A DNA stretch of 64,000 nucleotides from an uncultured Candidatus Saccharibacteria bacterium (GTDB lineage: Bacteria > Patescibacteriota > Doudnabacteria > UBA920). The position numbers and the translations under genes were made by a program. Shown here piece after piece: positions 19,127 through 28,202 of the stretch. The notes below the pieces were generated by a model that searched no databases, had not been told where the DNA came from, and saw only the letters and a list, made by a program, of their open reading frames with translations. The number at the start of each line of letters is the position of its first letter. Within the stretch, counting starts at the first letter, position 1. Location of the stretch: positions 51,807 through 115,806 of the forward strand of contig CAYGEJ010000001.1 in NCBI GenBank assembly GCA_964348935.1. The letters run 5' to 3'.

Positions 19127-19218
19127 TGGCGGAGAGGGAGGGATTCGAACCCTCGGAAGGATTTGACTCCTTCACCGGTTTAGCAAACCAGCGCACTAGG
19201 CCTCTATGCGACCTCTCC
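19127..19218 (-). tRNA. tRNA-Ser (anticodon GCU), encoded CCA, long variable arm
   Basis: Reverse complement: GGAGAGGUCGCAUAGAGGCCUAGUGCGCUGGUUUGCUAAACCGG UGAAGGAGUCAAAUCCUUCC GAGGGUUCGAAUCCCUCCCUCUCCGCCA. Anticodon loop UUGCUAA. Shares identical acceptor and T-arm sequence with the other tRNA-Ser. Confidence 0.85.
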
Positions 19219-19405
19219 TCGTCGTAATTCCCTTAACGTCCTCATCTCGCCGGAGGCGAGCTGTTACCGTAGGGTCTTACTCCTTCTTCCCAAAAATCCG
19301 TGCTCGTTTAGATAAAGCCCTGAACTGTGCTCCTAATTTTCGGGAACCCTATTTAAATCTACTATAAAATGCAGAGTTAAATCTTTAGATATTCTAGCAA
19401 AAAGT

Positions 19406-20137
19406 TTAATCTCTGGCAACGGTTAGGCAAAAGACCTTGTTTGCCCCGTTTCTCTTAAGAATTTTTGTGGCTTCTTGTAACGTTGCCCCGGTAGTTGTTA
19501 CATCGTCTATTAGTATAATGTTCTTATTTTTAATATCAGTTTTTGATATTATCTCAAAGGCACTTTGAATATTTTTTAGGCGCTGTTCTTTTTTTAAATT
19601 TTTTTGAGTTTTGGTGAATTTGATTCTGTTTAGAGTCTCCATAACTGGAATATTTAAGTTTTGAGAAATGACATTGCACAGTATTTGTGCTTGGTTGAAT
19701 CCGCGCCAGCGTTTCCGCCATTTGTGCAAAGGAATTGGGGTTAGAACCAAGTTTTCTGTTGAAATTAAATTAGAAAAATCTGTTAGTAGTGATGTACTTA
19801 AAATATTGCCGAGAATTTCATAGGATTTTGGAAGAAAAGAATATTTGGCAAATATTACTATTTTTGCAACTTTTTTATCGTGATAGTCGAAAACAGTTAT
19901 TAATGCATCTGGGTTTTGCGGACTTTTACAGTATGAGTGAGTTAGTCCAAAAGGTGTGGGTTTTTTACAGGCTATGCAAATTTGATTTTTTGCCTTGGAA
20001 AGCTGGGCTTGGCATTCGGTACAAATTAAAGCTCCTTCAGCTTCGCATGAAAGACAGGTAATAGGGAAGACCGTATCTAATATTAATTTAGAAAAATCTT
20101 TATAAAAAGGCTTAATAATTTTCTGGTATAATTTCAT
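19406..20137 (-). CDS. comFC: ComF family protein (ComFC-like phosphoribosyltransferase-domain competence protein)
   Basis: N-terminal Cys cluster (CLSCEAEGALICTECQAQL...CIACKKP) and C-terminal PRTase motif IILIDDVTTTGATLQEA. 243 aa. Confidence 0.75.
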   Translation of the reverse strand: MKLYQKIIKPFYKDFSKLILDTVFPITCLSCEAEGALICTECQAQLSKAKNQICIACKKPTPFGLTHSYCKSPQNPDALITVFDYHDKKVAKIVIFAKYSFLPKSYEILGNILSTSLLTDFSNLISTENLVLTPIPLHKWRKRWRGFNQAQILCNVISQNLNIPVMETLNRIKFTKTQKNLKKEQRLKNIQSAFEIISKTDIKNKNIILIDDVTTTGATLQEATKILKRNGANKVFCLTVARD

Positions 20138-20187
20138 TTGCTTTAAATATTAAAACCCGCCATAAGGTTGGCGGGTTTTAATTACGT

Positions 20188-22743
20188 TTAGACTAACACT
20201 GGAATTTTGGCACTTTTGTGGACGGTAAAGGCAATTTTATCCTTTTTAACATCTGCGTTAATGACCACACCGGCTTTAGCACCACCGGCAATAATTTTTT
20301 CTGCCAACGGGTCTTCTAGAAAGATTTGAATATTTTTTCTGACAAAACGAGCACCTTGTGCAGGATCGAAACTTTTTTCAGAAATAAATTTTGTTACTGC
20401 AGAAGTTACTTTTAGTTGGACTTCCTGTTCAAGGAGTCTGCTTTGAAGTTGTGAAATTTGTAAGGTGGTAATTTTTTTGAGTTCACCAAAGCCTAAAGGT
20501 TTAAAAACAATAATTTTGTCGATACGGTTGAGAAATTCAGGTTTAAATTCTTGTTTTAACTGTTCCAATACACCATTTTTAACCTTTTCGTAATCTTGTT
20601 CCAGCTTAATTTTATGATCTTTAACTTCATCCAGTTTTTCTATAAAACCAATTTTTGCGGCTTGGTTGGTAAGTTCTTGCATGCCTAAATTAGAGGTCAT
20701 AATTATTACTGAGTTGCGGAAGTTGACTTTCTTACCTTCTGCGTCTGTTAGTTGTCCGTCTTCAAGAATTTGTAAGAAGATATTAAAGACATCTGGATTA
20801 GCTTTTTCAATTTCGTCAAACAGGATAACAGAATAAGGTTTTCTCCTGACTGCTTCGGTAAGTCTGCCACCTTCGCCGTATCCAACGTAACCGGCTGGTG
20901 CGCCAATAAGGCGGGCGACATTATGGCGTTCCATAAGTTCACTCATATCGACTCTTATCAGTGCTTCTTCGTCTTCAAAAATTTCTTTGGCTAGAACTTT
21001 TGCGGTTTCAGTTTTGCCAACTCCTGTAGGACCAAGAAAAATGAAAGAACCAAGAGGTTTTTTTGGGTCAGTAATTCCGGCTCTACTTCTTCTTATTGCC
21101 TTGGCGACTTCTTCCACTGCAGTATCTTGCCCAACAATTTTAGATTTTAAAGTTTTTTCTAAATTAACTAGCTTGCCGATATCGGTTTTGGCCAACTTAT
21201 GCAGGGGGATTTTAGTCATCATGGAAACTGTATGGGCAATATCTTCGGATGAGATAATATGGGAAGGAATTTTTTCTTCAGCAGCGAGGCTTTTGCTTAA
21301 GGTTTCTTTTTGCTTCAAAAGTTTCTCTTCTTGAGTTCTTAAGTGTAATGCCGTGGTAAAGTCTTGAGCAAGTACGGCTTTGGTTTTTTCTTCTTCGAGT
21401 GCCAAAAGGTCGCTTTCAATTTTTTTAGTGGCTCTTAGTAGTTTACTACTAGAGTTTATTGATCTTAAAAAAGCCGCTGTTTCGTCTATTAAATCCACTG
21501 CTTTGTCGGGGAGGAAACGGTCTTGAATGTAGCGTGAGGAAAGCTCAACAGCTGATTTAATTGCTTCGTCGGTAATAGTGACATTATGATGTTTTTCATA
21601 GTTTGGTTTAAGGCCATGTAAAATTTCAATGGTTTCTTCTTTGCTTGGTTCTTCGACCAAAATTGGCTGGAAACGGCGTTCAAGAGCCGCATCTTTTTCA
21701 ATGTGTTGTTTGTATTCGGTTAGGGTAGTGGCGCCAATGGCACGAAGTTCGCCACGGGCAAGAGCCGGTTTTAAAATATTTGCAGCATCTAGTGAGCCAG
21801 TGGTAGCGCCAGCGCCTACCATGGTGTGGAGTTCGTCTATAAATAAAATGACATTTTTGTCGTTCTTAACTTCGTCGATTATTTGTTTCAGGCGATTTTC
21901 AAACTCGCCTCGAAACATGCTCCCGGCTACAATTAAAGCTAAATCCAAAGACAGGATTTTTTTATCGAGCAGGGTATCGGGTACTTCGCGTTTGGTAATA
22001 GCTAAAGCCAAACCTTCTACAATGGCGGTTTTTCCCACTCCAGCTTCGCCAATTAAAATTGGATTATTTTTAGTTCTGCGGTTTAATATGGAAATCAATC
22101 TTTCAATTTCGCTTTTTCTGCCAATAACTGGATCTATAAGACCGTTGGTTGCTTTTTTGGTTAGGTCGGTGGTAAAAAGTTCAAGGAGGTTGCCTTTTTT
22201 GGTATCTATAATTTTTTGAACTTGAGGAGAACTGGTTTCAAAGCCCGGCTGTTGTCCAGGTTCACTCCCAGAAGGCATTTCGGGAAATTTGGAAATATTA
22301 TCGAACACATTAAGTAGGTTATGATCCAGCTCGTTTATATCTATTCCTAGTTTAGTTAAAATAACCTTGGCTTTATTCTGTTGAACATTAAGTAAGCCAT
22401 ATAGGAAATGTTCAGTACCAATAAATTGATAGCCGTATTGACTTGCAATAATCGCAGATTTTTCAATAACTAATTTCAAATTCTCGGACAAGACGGGTTT
22501 CCAAGTATTTACAGAGTTATTGCTGTTAACAATGGAGAGTTCTTGTTTAATGGAGTCCGGGGTGAGTTTGGTCTTGGTTAAAATTTCTGCGGCAAAAGAA
22601 CTTTTTTCACTGACAACCCCATAAAGTAAATGTTCGGTACCAATATGATCATGCTTCAGTTCCTCACTGACCAGTTGTGCCATAATCAGCGCATTTTTTG
22701 CACGGGAGGAAAGTCGTTCAAGTATGTATGTAAAATTTGTCAT
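20188..22743 (-). CDS. clpC: ATP-dependent Clp protease ATP-binding subunit ClpC (Clp/Hsp100 with two AAA+ domains)
   Basis: Clp N repeats. NBD1 GEAGVGKTAIVEGLA and NBD2 FLGPTGVGKTETAKVLA. Short UVR-like linker (LEEEKTKAVLAQDFTTALHLRTQEEKL) rather than the long ClpB M-domain. KIGF loop. 851 aa. Confidence 0.85.
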   Translation of the reverse strand: MTNFTYILERLSSRAKNALIMAQLVSEELKHDHIGTEHLLYGVVSEKSSFAAEILTKTKLTPDSIKQELSIVNSNNSVNTWKPVLSENLKLVIEKSAIIASQYGYQFIGTEHFLYGLLNVQQNKAKVILTKLGIDINELDHNLLNVFDNISKFPEMPSGSEPGQQPGFETSSPQVQKIIDTKKGNLLELFTTDLTKKATNGLIDPVIGRKSEIERLISILNRRTKNNPILIGEAGVGKTAIVEGLALAITKREVPDTLLDKKILSLDLALIVAGSMFRGEFENRLKQIIDEVKNDKNVILFIDELHTMVGAGATTGSLDAANILKPALARGELRAIGATTLTEYKQHIEKDAALERRFQPILVEEPSKEETIEILHGLKPNYEKHHNVTITDEAIKSAVELSSRYIQDRFLPDKAVDLIDETAAFLRSINSSSKLLRATKKIESDLLALEEEKTKAVLAQDFTTALHLRTQEEKLLKQKETLSKSLAAEEKIPSHIISSEDIAHTVSMMTKIPLHKLAKTDIGKLVNLEKTLKSKIVGQDTAVEEVAKAIRRSRAGITDPKKPLGSFIFLGPTGVGKTETAKVLAKEIFEDEEALIRVDMSELMERHNVARLIGAPAGYVGYGEGGRLTEAVRRKPYSVILFDEIEKANPDVFNIFLQILEDGQLTDAEGKKVNFRNSVIIMTSNLGMQELTNQAAKIGFIEKLDEVKDHKIKLEQDYEKVKNGVLEQLKQEFKPEFLNRIDKIIVFKPLGFGELKKITTLQISQLQSRLLEQEVQLKVTSAVTKFISEKSFDPAQGARFVRKNIQIFLEDPLAEKIIAGGAKAGVVINADVKKDKIAFTVHKSAKIPVLV

Positions 22744-22814
22744 TTTAGTATTTTTATTGCTAGGTATAAATTTCAGTTTAGCTTATAATTATTATATCAG
22801 ATAAATTTAGTATA

Positions 22815-22855
22815 GTATGTGTTATCACTCGTGTCAAGAGAGTGATAACACATAC
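22815..22855. promoter_or_regulatory. CIRCE-like inverted repeat (TTATCACTC-N9-GAGTGATAA within a 16-bp perfect palindrome) overlapping the clpC promoter
   Basis: GTATGTGTTATCACTC gtgtcaaga GAGTGATAACACATAC. Matches the HrcA operator consensus TTAGCACTC-N9-GAGTGCTAA with one change per arm. On the minus strand the spacer holds a TTGACA -35, and 17 nt further on is TATACT. Confidence 0.45.
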
Positions 22856-22863
22856 TTAAAATC

Positions 22864-23367
22864 ATGAATGAAGATTTAAAGACAGAAAAAGAAAAGGCCT
22901 ATAATTATGCAATATATTTGCTGTCTTTAAAATTGCGAACTGAAGGAGAGCTTAGAGACAAATTAAATATTAAGAAATACAAAGACGATATAATAGAGCT
23001 TGTTGTAACTCAGTTGAAAAATGATAAATATATTAACGATCTTAAATATGCGGAAGTTTATGTGCAAAATTTAAAAGCCTATAAATATTTTGGTTTTTAT
23101 GGAATAAAAAAGAAACTATTGGAAAAAAAATTGACAGGGAATTTAATAGAAAAAATTTTAAAAGCTCATTTATCAATTTCGGAAGAGCTGGTTATTGCTA
23201 AAAAATTTTTGAAAAAAGAAAAATTGGAAACAAAAATACCTTCCGAAGAAGGTGTAGCTCATTATCAGGAATTTAACCAAGAAGGGAATAAGGAAAAACA
23301 GAAAATTATGAATAGGCTTAGATCTCGTGGTTTTAGAAGTGAAGTGATATCAAGGTTGATTGTTTGA
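22864..23367 (+). CDS. recX: regulatory protein RecX
   Basis: 167 aa with a RecX-like three-repeat helical pattern (AYNYAIYLLSLKLRTEGELRDKL, KYINDLKYAEVYVQNL, GFYGIKKKLLEKKL). Confidence 0.6.
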   Translation: MNEDLKTEKEKAYNYAIYLLSLKLRTEGELRDKLNIKKYKDDIIELVVTQLKNDKYINDLKYAEVYVQNLKAYKYFGFYGIKKKLLEKKLTGNLIEKILKAHLSISEELVIAKKFLKKEKLETKIPSEEGVAHYQEFNQEGNKEKQKIMNRLRSRGFRSEVISRLIV

Positions 23368-23368
23368 T

Positions 23369-23674
23369 TTAATTGAAGAAACCATCTTGTTCTAACATTT
23401 GATTGAGTTCCGATAGGGTTAGTCTATTTCCCCAGAATTTTAATATTACGTTACCTATTATTTTATTTTTGTTTCCTAAAGATTGAGCGACGCGTAAGAC
23501 ATCTTCTTTGGTTAAACGTTCATTCTTTTGAAAATTTCCAGATTTTTTTAAAGTCTCGTAATAGTCTTTCAAGTGGTGTTTAAAATTATCCCGAACATTT
23601 TGTTGAAATTTAAGAAGTTCAGTGTCGGACATTTCAAATCTTAAAGCAGCTTTAGATCTGTTTTCTCTGCTCAT
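23369..23674 (-). CDS. hypothetical small protein
   Basis: 101-aa ORF whose stop region overlaps the htpX start (ATGA). No recognisable motif. Confidence 0.4.
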   Translation of the reverse strand: MSRENRSKAALRFEMSDTELLKFQQNVRDNFKHHLKDYYETLKKSGNFQKNERLTKEDVLRVAQSLGNKNKIIGNVILKFWGNRLTLSELNQMLEQDGFFN

Positions 23675-24582
23675 AGATTCATTTCTCTTAACCTTTTAAT
23701 TCGTTCTTCAATAGGTGGATGAGTATTAAATAAGTTGGCAAACCAGCCCACGCTGTCACCTTTATGTTCTTTGAGTGGATTAATTATATACATATGAGCG
23801 GTGGCTTTGTTAGCTGCTTCAAGAGGTTCGGTGTCTTTGCTGATTTTTTCTAAAGCTCGAGCTAGGCCCTCCGGATGGCGGGTTAGGAGAGCCCCTGAGG
23901 CATCTGCCAGGAATTCTCTTTGTCTGGAGACAGCAAGTTTTATAAGTGTGGCAATAATTGGGGAAAGAATCGCTAGTAGAATACCAGCAATCATAAAAAA
24001 TATTTGCATTTGGTTGCCGCCTTCACTGTCAGATTTGCGTCTGCCACCGAAAAAGCTGGCACGTAGAAACCAATCTGCCAGTAGGGTGATTGTGCCGACC
24101 AATACTACAACCAAAGTCATTACACGAATATCATAGTTCCCAATATGGGAAAGTTCATGGGCTATAACACCTTCAAGTTCGGCTTTGTCTAATTTTTGTA
24201 AAATTCCGGTGGTAACGCAAACTACGGCATGTTGTGGGTCGCGCCCAGTTGCAAAAGCGTTTGGTGCGGTATCGTCTATAATATAAATTTTTGGAGTTGG
24301 AAGTCCTCCCGCAATACAGAGGTTTTCTACAATTCTAAATAGTTCTTGATTGTTTTGGCGGTTAATTTCTTTTGCTTGAGAAAGCGCAAGGGTTATTGAA
24401 TCGCTGAAGTAGTAGGAAATAAAACTGGAAAAAATACTAAAACCAACCGCAAAGTAGAGTATTGCGGAATTGTTGTAAACTCGGGAAAATGCAAAGCCGA
24501 GTAAACTAATTATGACTAAAAAGCTGAATATTAAAATCCAGCTTTCGCGTTTATTTTTATTTATAAGATCGTAAGTTAACAT
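23671..24582 (-). CDS. htpX: protease HtpX (M48 zinc metalloprotease)
   Basis: HELSHIGNYD (HExxH). Four TM segments. C-terminal NTHPPIEERIKRL. 303 aa. Confidence 0.85.
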   Translation of the reverse strand: MLTYDLINKNKRESWILIFSFLVIISLLGFAFSRVYNNSAILYFAVGFSIFSSFISYYFSDSITLALSQAKEINRQNNQELFRIVENLCIAGGLPTPKIYIIDDTAPNAFATGRDPQHAVVCVTTGILQKLDKAELEGVIAHELSHIGNYDIRVMTLVVVLVGTITLLADWFLRASFFGGRRKSDSEGGNQMQIFFMIAGILLAILSPIIATLIKLAVSRQREFLADASGALLTRHPEGLARALEKISKDTEPLEAANKATAHMYIINPLKEHKGDSVGWFANLFNTHPPIEERIKRLREMNL

Positions 24583-24616
24583 AGCTTATAAGTTTTTGGG
24601 GGATTGTTCCTAACAA

Positions 24617-25162
24617 CTAAAAGCTAACTTTTACTGGTTGTCCTTCTACACCTTTTTCATCTATATCAAAGAATTGCTTTACAGTAAAGCCAAAAAGAGA
24701 AGCGAAAAGATTGGTTGGGAAAACTTGGAGTTTGGTGTTGTAGTCGCGCACGTTGCCGTTGTAAAAGCGCCTGGCTGCTTGAATTTTGTCTTCTGTGTCG
24801 GTAAGATCGCTTTGCATTTTTAAAAAGTTAGTATTACTTTTTAAATCCGGGTAAGCCTCGCTAACTGCAAATAAAGATTTTAAAGCTCCAGAAAGCATAT
24901 TTTCATCTTTTAACTTTTCTTCCATACTGCCAGCACCCATAGCCAAAGTACGGGCCTTGGTGACATTTTCTAATACTGAAGATTCCTGTTTAGCATAACC
25001 TTTTACAGTGTCTACTAAGTTTGGAATTAAGTCGTAGCGCCTTTTTAATTGAACTTCAATATCACTCCAGGCTTCTTCTACTTGGTTTCGGCTTCTGATT
25101 AGAGAGTTGTATAAAACAACGAGAATGACCAGAATGGCTAAAATTATATACCAAAATATCAT
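24617..25162 (-). CDS. lemA: LemA family protein
   Basis: N-terminal TM helix then the conserved LemA domain (SEAYPDLKSNTNFLKMQSDLTDTEDKIQAARRFYNGNVRDYNTKLQVFPTNLFASLFGF). 181 aa. Confidence 0.8.
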   Translation of the reverse strand: MIFWYIILAILVILVVLYNSLIRSRNQVEEAWSDIEVQLKRRYDLIPNLVDTVKGYAKQESSVLENVTKARTLAMGAGSMEEKLKDENMLSGALKSLFAVSEAYPDLKSNTNFLKMQSDLTDTEDKIQAARRFYNGNVRDYNTKLQVFPTNLFASLFGFTVKQFFDIDEKGVEGQPVKVSF

Positions 25163-25356
25163 ATGATTAATTTAATGATTAATGTATATATTATAGCATA
25201 GTTAAGGATAGTTATAAAAGTTAGAAAGTTTGAACTAATTTGAAGAGTTGAGACGGTTTGTATCCTTACGAGTATATATTTTTATAACTCTCGATTTTAT
25301 GGTATAATAAATTGAGTAAAATACTGATTGAAATCAAAAATAAAATTGTTATACAA

Positions 25357-27780
25357 ATGTCATTTGTAGAAGATTTAAAAGAAAGTACAAATAAATTTAT
25401 AGATAATTTGGCTTTGCAGGATTTGGAATACAGAGTCAAATTAATTTTGAAAGAAAGAGAAGAGCTGAAAAGTTGGTCGGATAAGGAACTTAAACTTGCA
25501 ACGACCGCATTTAAGCAAGATCTTTCAAAAGGAAAAAAGATGGATACTCTTGTAGTGTCGGCTTTTGCCGTAGTAAATGAAGCCGCCAGGCGAGTGTTCA
25601 ATAAGTCTCCTTTTCCTGTGCAGATTTTAGCGGGTTTGGTTATTCATTCTGGTAAAGTTGCGGAAATGAAGGCTGGAGAAGGTAAAACTTTAACTGAAAC
25701 TATGCCAGTTTATTTAAATGCGTTAGTTGGCAAAGGTGTGCATTTAATAACGACTAACGATTATTTGGCGGAACGCGATGCTAAAGAAATGGGTAAGCTA
25801 TACGAATTTTTAGGTTTAACTACGGGCTTTGTGACTTCTTCTATGGAAAACGACGCTCGAAAAAAAGCTTACGCTTGTGACGTTACTTATGTAACAAATC
25901 AAGAAATTGGTTTTGATTATTTAAGAGATAATTTAGTATTTTCCAAAAAGGAGCGAGTTTTGAGGGCGGATGATCCTTTGAATTTTGGTATAGTTGATGA
26001 AATTGATAGTATTTTAATTGATGAATCACGTACACCGTTAATTATTGCCGAGCCAGTCAAGGAAGAGAGAAATTTTTACGATATTTTTACTAAAATTGTC
26101 GACAAGTTAGTTGAGGATGCTGACTTTAAGGTTGATTATCAAAAGAAACAGGTGGCAATGAGCGACGAAGGTTTGGATAAAGTGGAAAAATTATTGGGTG
26201 GGCGAGTTTTTTCCGAAGAAAATCCAATGAATGTTTTTTATTTGGATGTTTGTTTAAAGGCCAAGGTTATTTTTGAAAAAGATCGCGACTATATTATTAC
26301 CGAAGACGGAATTGAGATTGTCGATGAGTTTACCGGAAGGGTTCTGCCTGGTCGAAGATTTACCGACGGAGTGCACCAAGCCATTGAAGCCAAAGAAAAA
26401 GTCAAAGTCAAAGAAGGTGATAGAACTCAAGCGGCTATAACTTTCCAAAATTTTTTTCCAATGTATAAAAAACTTTCGGGAATGTCTGGTACCGTAATGC
26501 GTTCACGGGATGAATTTAACAAAGTTTACAAGTTAGAAGTTATTCAAATTCCGACAAATCGTCCATTGGCTCGTATTGATCATAACGATTTATTTTTTAA
26601 AACACAAAAAGGTAAATTTTTGGGTTTAATGAAACGCGTATCGCAAATACACAAGCGCGCCCAGCCACTTTTAATAGGAGCTAGGAATGTGGAAACTGCA
26701 AATTTAATTTCTAAAATGTTAGACGATGCAGAATATCCTCATCAGTTACTAACCGCCAAAGATCACAAGGCAGAAGCGGAAAAAATTGCCAAAGCCGGAC
26801 AGTCTGGGATGATAACAGTGGCAACCAACATGGCCGGAAGAGGTACGGATATTTTGCTCGGTCCAGGCGTAGTGGAAACTGGTGGACTGTACGTTATTGG
26901 TACGGAAAGGCATGACTCCAGAAGAATAGATGACCAATTAGTTGGAAGATCTGGTAGACAGGGGGAGCCTGGCGAGTCTTTGTTTATGATTTCAATGGAA
27001 GATGAAATTATGCAGTTGTTTGGTAGTGAAAAAATTATTGATATTATGGAGGCTTATGATATTCCGGAAGATGAATATATTTCTGGGGAAGGATTAAATA
27101 AAGCATTTAAAAAAGCCCAAGATTTTGTTGATAGTAAAAATTTAGACAGCAGGTTGTATTTATATAAATATGACAGTGTGGCTTCCTTTCAAAGGAAGTT
27201 TGTTTACGATTTGCGTAATTCTTTGCTTGAAAATGAACAAAATTTTTTAGAATATTTAAAAAATGCCATTTCAGATGTGCTTAGTGATATGTTGTCTTTG
27301 AAAGATGCGAAATTAATTTCCAGTCAACTTCATAACGTTTTTCATTTGGAAGCTCCAGCTGACGAAATTGCAAAAAATTTAGGTTTAAAATTATCTAACG
27401 AAAAAGAAAGTGCCGTGAATGAGTATTTTAATCCATTTTATATCAAGCAAGAGGGCAGTGAATCTGCTATTTTAGAAATGCAGGAAAAATTAGAAATATT
27501 TTTACAACGTGCATCGCAAAGAATAAAAAATGATCAAGAAATTTACAAAGCCTGTCAGAATCTTATTTTAGAAATAGTAGATAACCAATGGAGTGGGCAA
27601 CTGGATCTTATGGATATGCTGAAAGAAGAAGCTAATTTATTTTCGTATGCTTCCCCGGATCCGTTAATTGATTATATTTTAGAAAGTAAGAAACTTTTTC
27701 AACAATCTATTTTAGAGACTAAAAAACAGTTTTTAACTTCTATATTTTTGCTTTTGGACCAAAAAGGGTTACTAACTTAG
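25357..27780 (+). CDS. secA: preprotein translocase subunit SecA
   Basis: DEAD-like motor motifs MKAGEGKTLTETMPVYLNAL, ITTNDYLAERD, DEIDSILIDE. 807 aa from the internal ATG (MSFVEDLKE...). The ORF-track start at 25312 adds 15 aa right after a TGgTATAAT box and is probably 5' leader. Confidence 0.88.
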   Translation: MSFVEDLKESTNKFIDNLALQDLEYRVKLILKEREELKSWSDKELKLATTAFKQDLSKGKKMDTLVVSAFAVVNEAARRVFNKSPFPVQILAGLVIHSGKVAEMKAGEGKTLTETMPVYLNALVGKGVHLITTNDYLAERDAKEMGKLYEFLGLTTGFVTSSMENDARKKAYACDVTYVTNQEIGFDYLRDNLVFSKKERVLRADDPLNFGIVDEIDSILIDESRTPLIIAEPVKEERNFYDIFTKIVDKLVEDADFKVDYQKKQVAMSDEGLDKVEKLLGGRVFSEENPMNVFYLDVCLKAKVIFEKDRDYIITEDGIEIVDEFTGRVLPGRRFTDGVHQAIEAKEKVKVKEGDRTQAAITFQNFFPMYKKLSGMSGTVMRSRDEFNKVYKLEVIQIPTNRPLARIDHNDLFFKTQKGKFLGLMKRVSQIHKRAQPLLIGARNVETANLISKMLDDAEYPHQLLTAKDHKAEAEKIAKAGQSGMITVATNMAGRGTDILLGPGVVETGGLYVIGTERHDSRRIDDQLVGRSGRQGEPGESLFMISMEDEIMQLFGSEKIIDIMEAYDIPEDEYISGEGLNKAFKKAQDFVDSKNLDSRLYLYKYDSVASFQRKFVYDLRNSLLENEQNFLEYLKNAISDVLSDMLSLKDAKLISSQLHNVFHLEAPADEIAKNLGLKLSNEKESAVNEYFNPFYIKQEGSESAILEMQEKLEIFLQRASQRIKNDQEIYKACQNLILEIVDNQWSGQLDLMDMLKEEANLFSYASPDPLIDYILESKKLFQQSILETKKQFLTSIFLLLDQKGLLT

Positions 27781-27831
27781 GGATTAATTAAGCCTCTACA
27801 CAAGTTTATATGATTTTGATATAATCCACGT

Positions 27832-28113
27832 ATGCTGACACGTGAAGAAGTTATTAAAATTGCCCAATTATCCAGAATTGCTTTGACAGAAGCAGAGGTG
27901 GAAAAATTCCAAAAGGATCTTTCTACTGTTTTGGATTATGTTGAAGAATTGAAACTGGTAAATGTAGAAGGTTTAGAGGAAGTAACGCAAGTTACTGGGC
28001 TTGTAAATGTTCAACGCGAAGACAAAGTTGAAATTTCTGAAATAGTAGAGGATATTTATAAAAATGCTCCAGAGATGAAAGATGGATATTATAAAGTAAA
28101 AGCAATTTTGTAA
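27832..28113 (+). CDS. gatC: Asp-tRNA(Asn)/Glu-tRNA(Gln) amidotransferase subunit C
   Basis: 93 aa. LTREEVIKIAQLSRIALTEAEVEKFQKDLSTVLDYVEEL matches the GatC pattern. Followed by gatA and gatB. Confidence 0.8.
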   Translation: MLTREEVIKIAQLSRIALTEAEVEKFQKDLSTVLDYVEELKLVNVEGLEEVTQVTGLVNVQREDKVEISEIVEDIYKNAPEMKDGYYKVKAIL

Positions 28114-28202
28114 CTTTACCAAGTACGAAAAAGATACGAACTTACGAACCAAAAGTTGTCTGTTCTGTATCAATTTCTTAATAATTTGTATTTCGTAAAA
28201 TC

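Noticed and set aside
19219-19330. Possible SRP (4.5S) RNA upstream of tRNA-Ser. A GGGAAGAAGGAGUAAG stretch faintly resembles the domain IV GGAAGGAAGCAGC motif.
   Set aside because: Helix 8 symmetric-loop and GNRA tetraloop features are not reproduced. Kept only as a generic structured-leader observation.
21629-22219. 196-aa plus-strand ORF and several others antisense within clpC, secA, gatA, pyrG, proS and others.
   Set aside because: They lie entirely inside well-supported conserved genes on the opposite strand, with low-complexity translations.
25312-25356. Fifteen extra N-terminal residues on SecA.
   Set aside because: The extension begins right at a TGgTATAAT -10 box. The conserved SecA N-terminus aligns from the internal Met.
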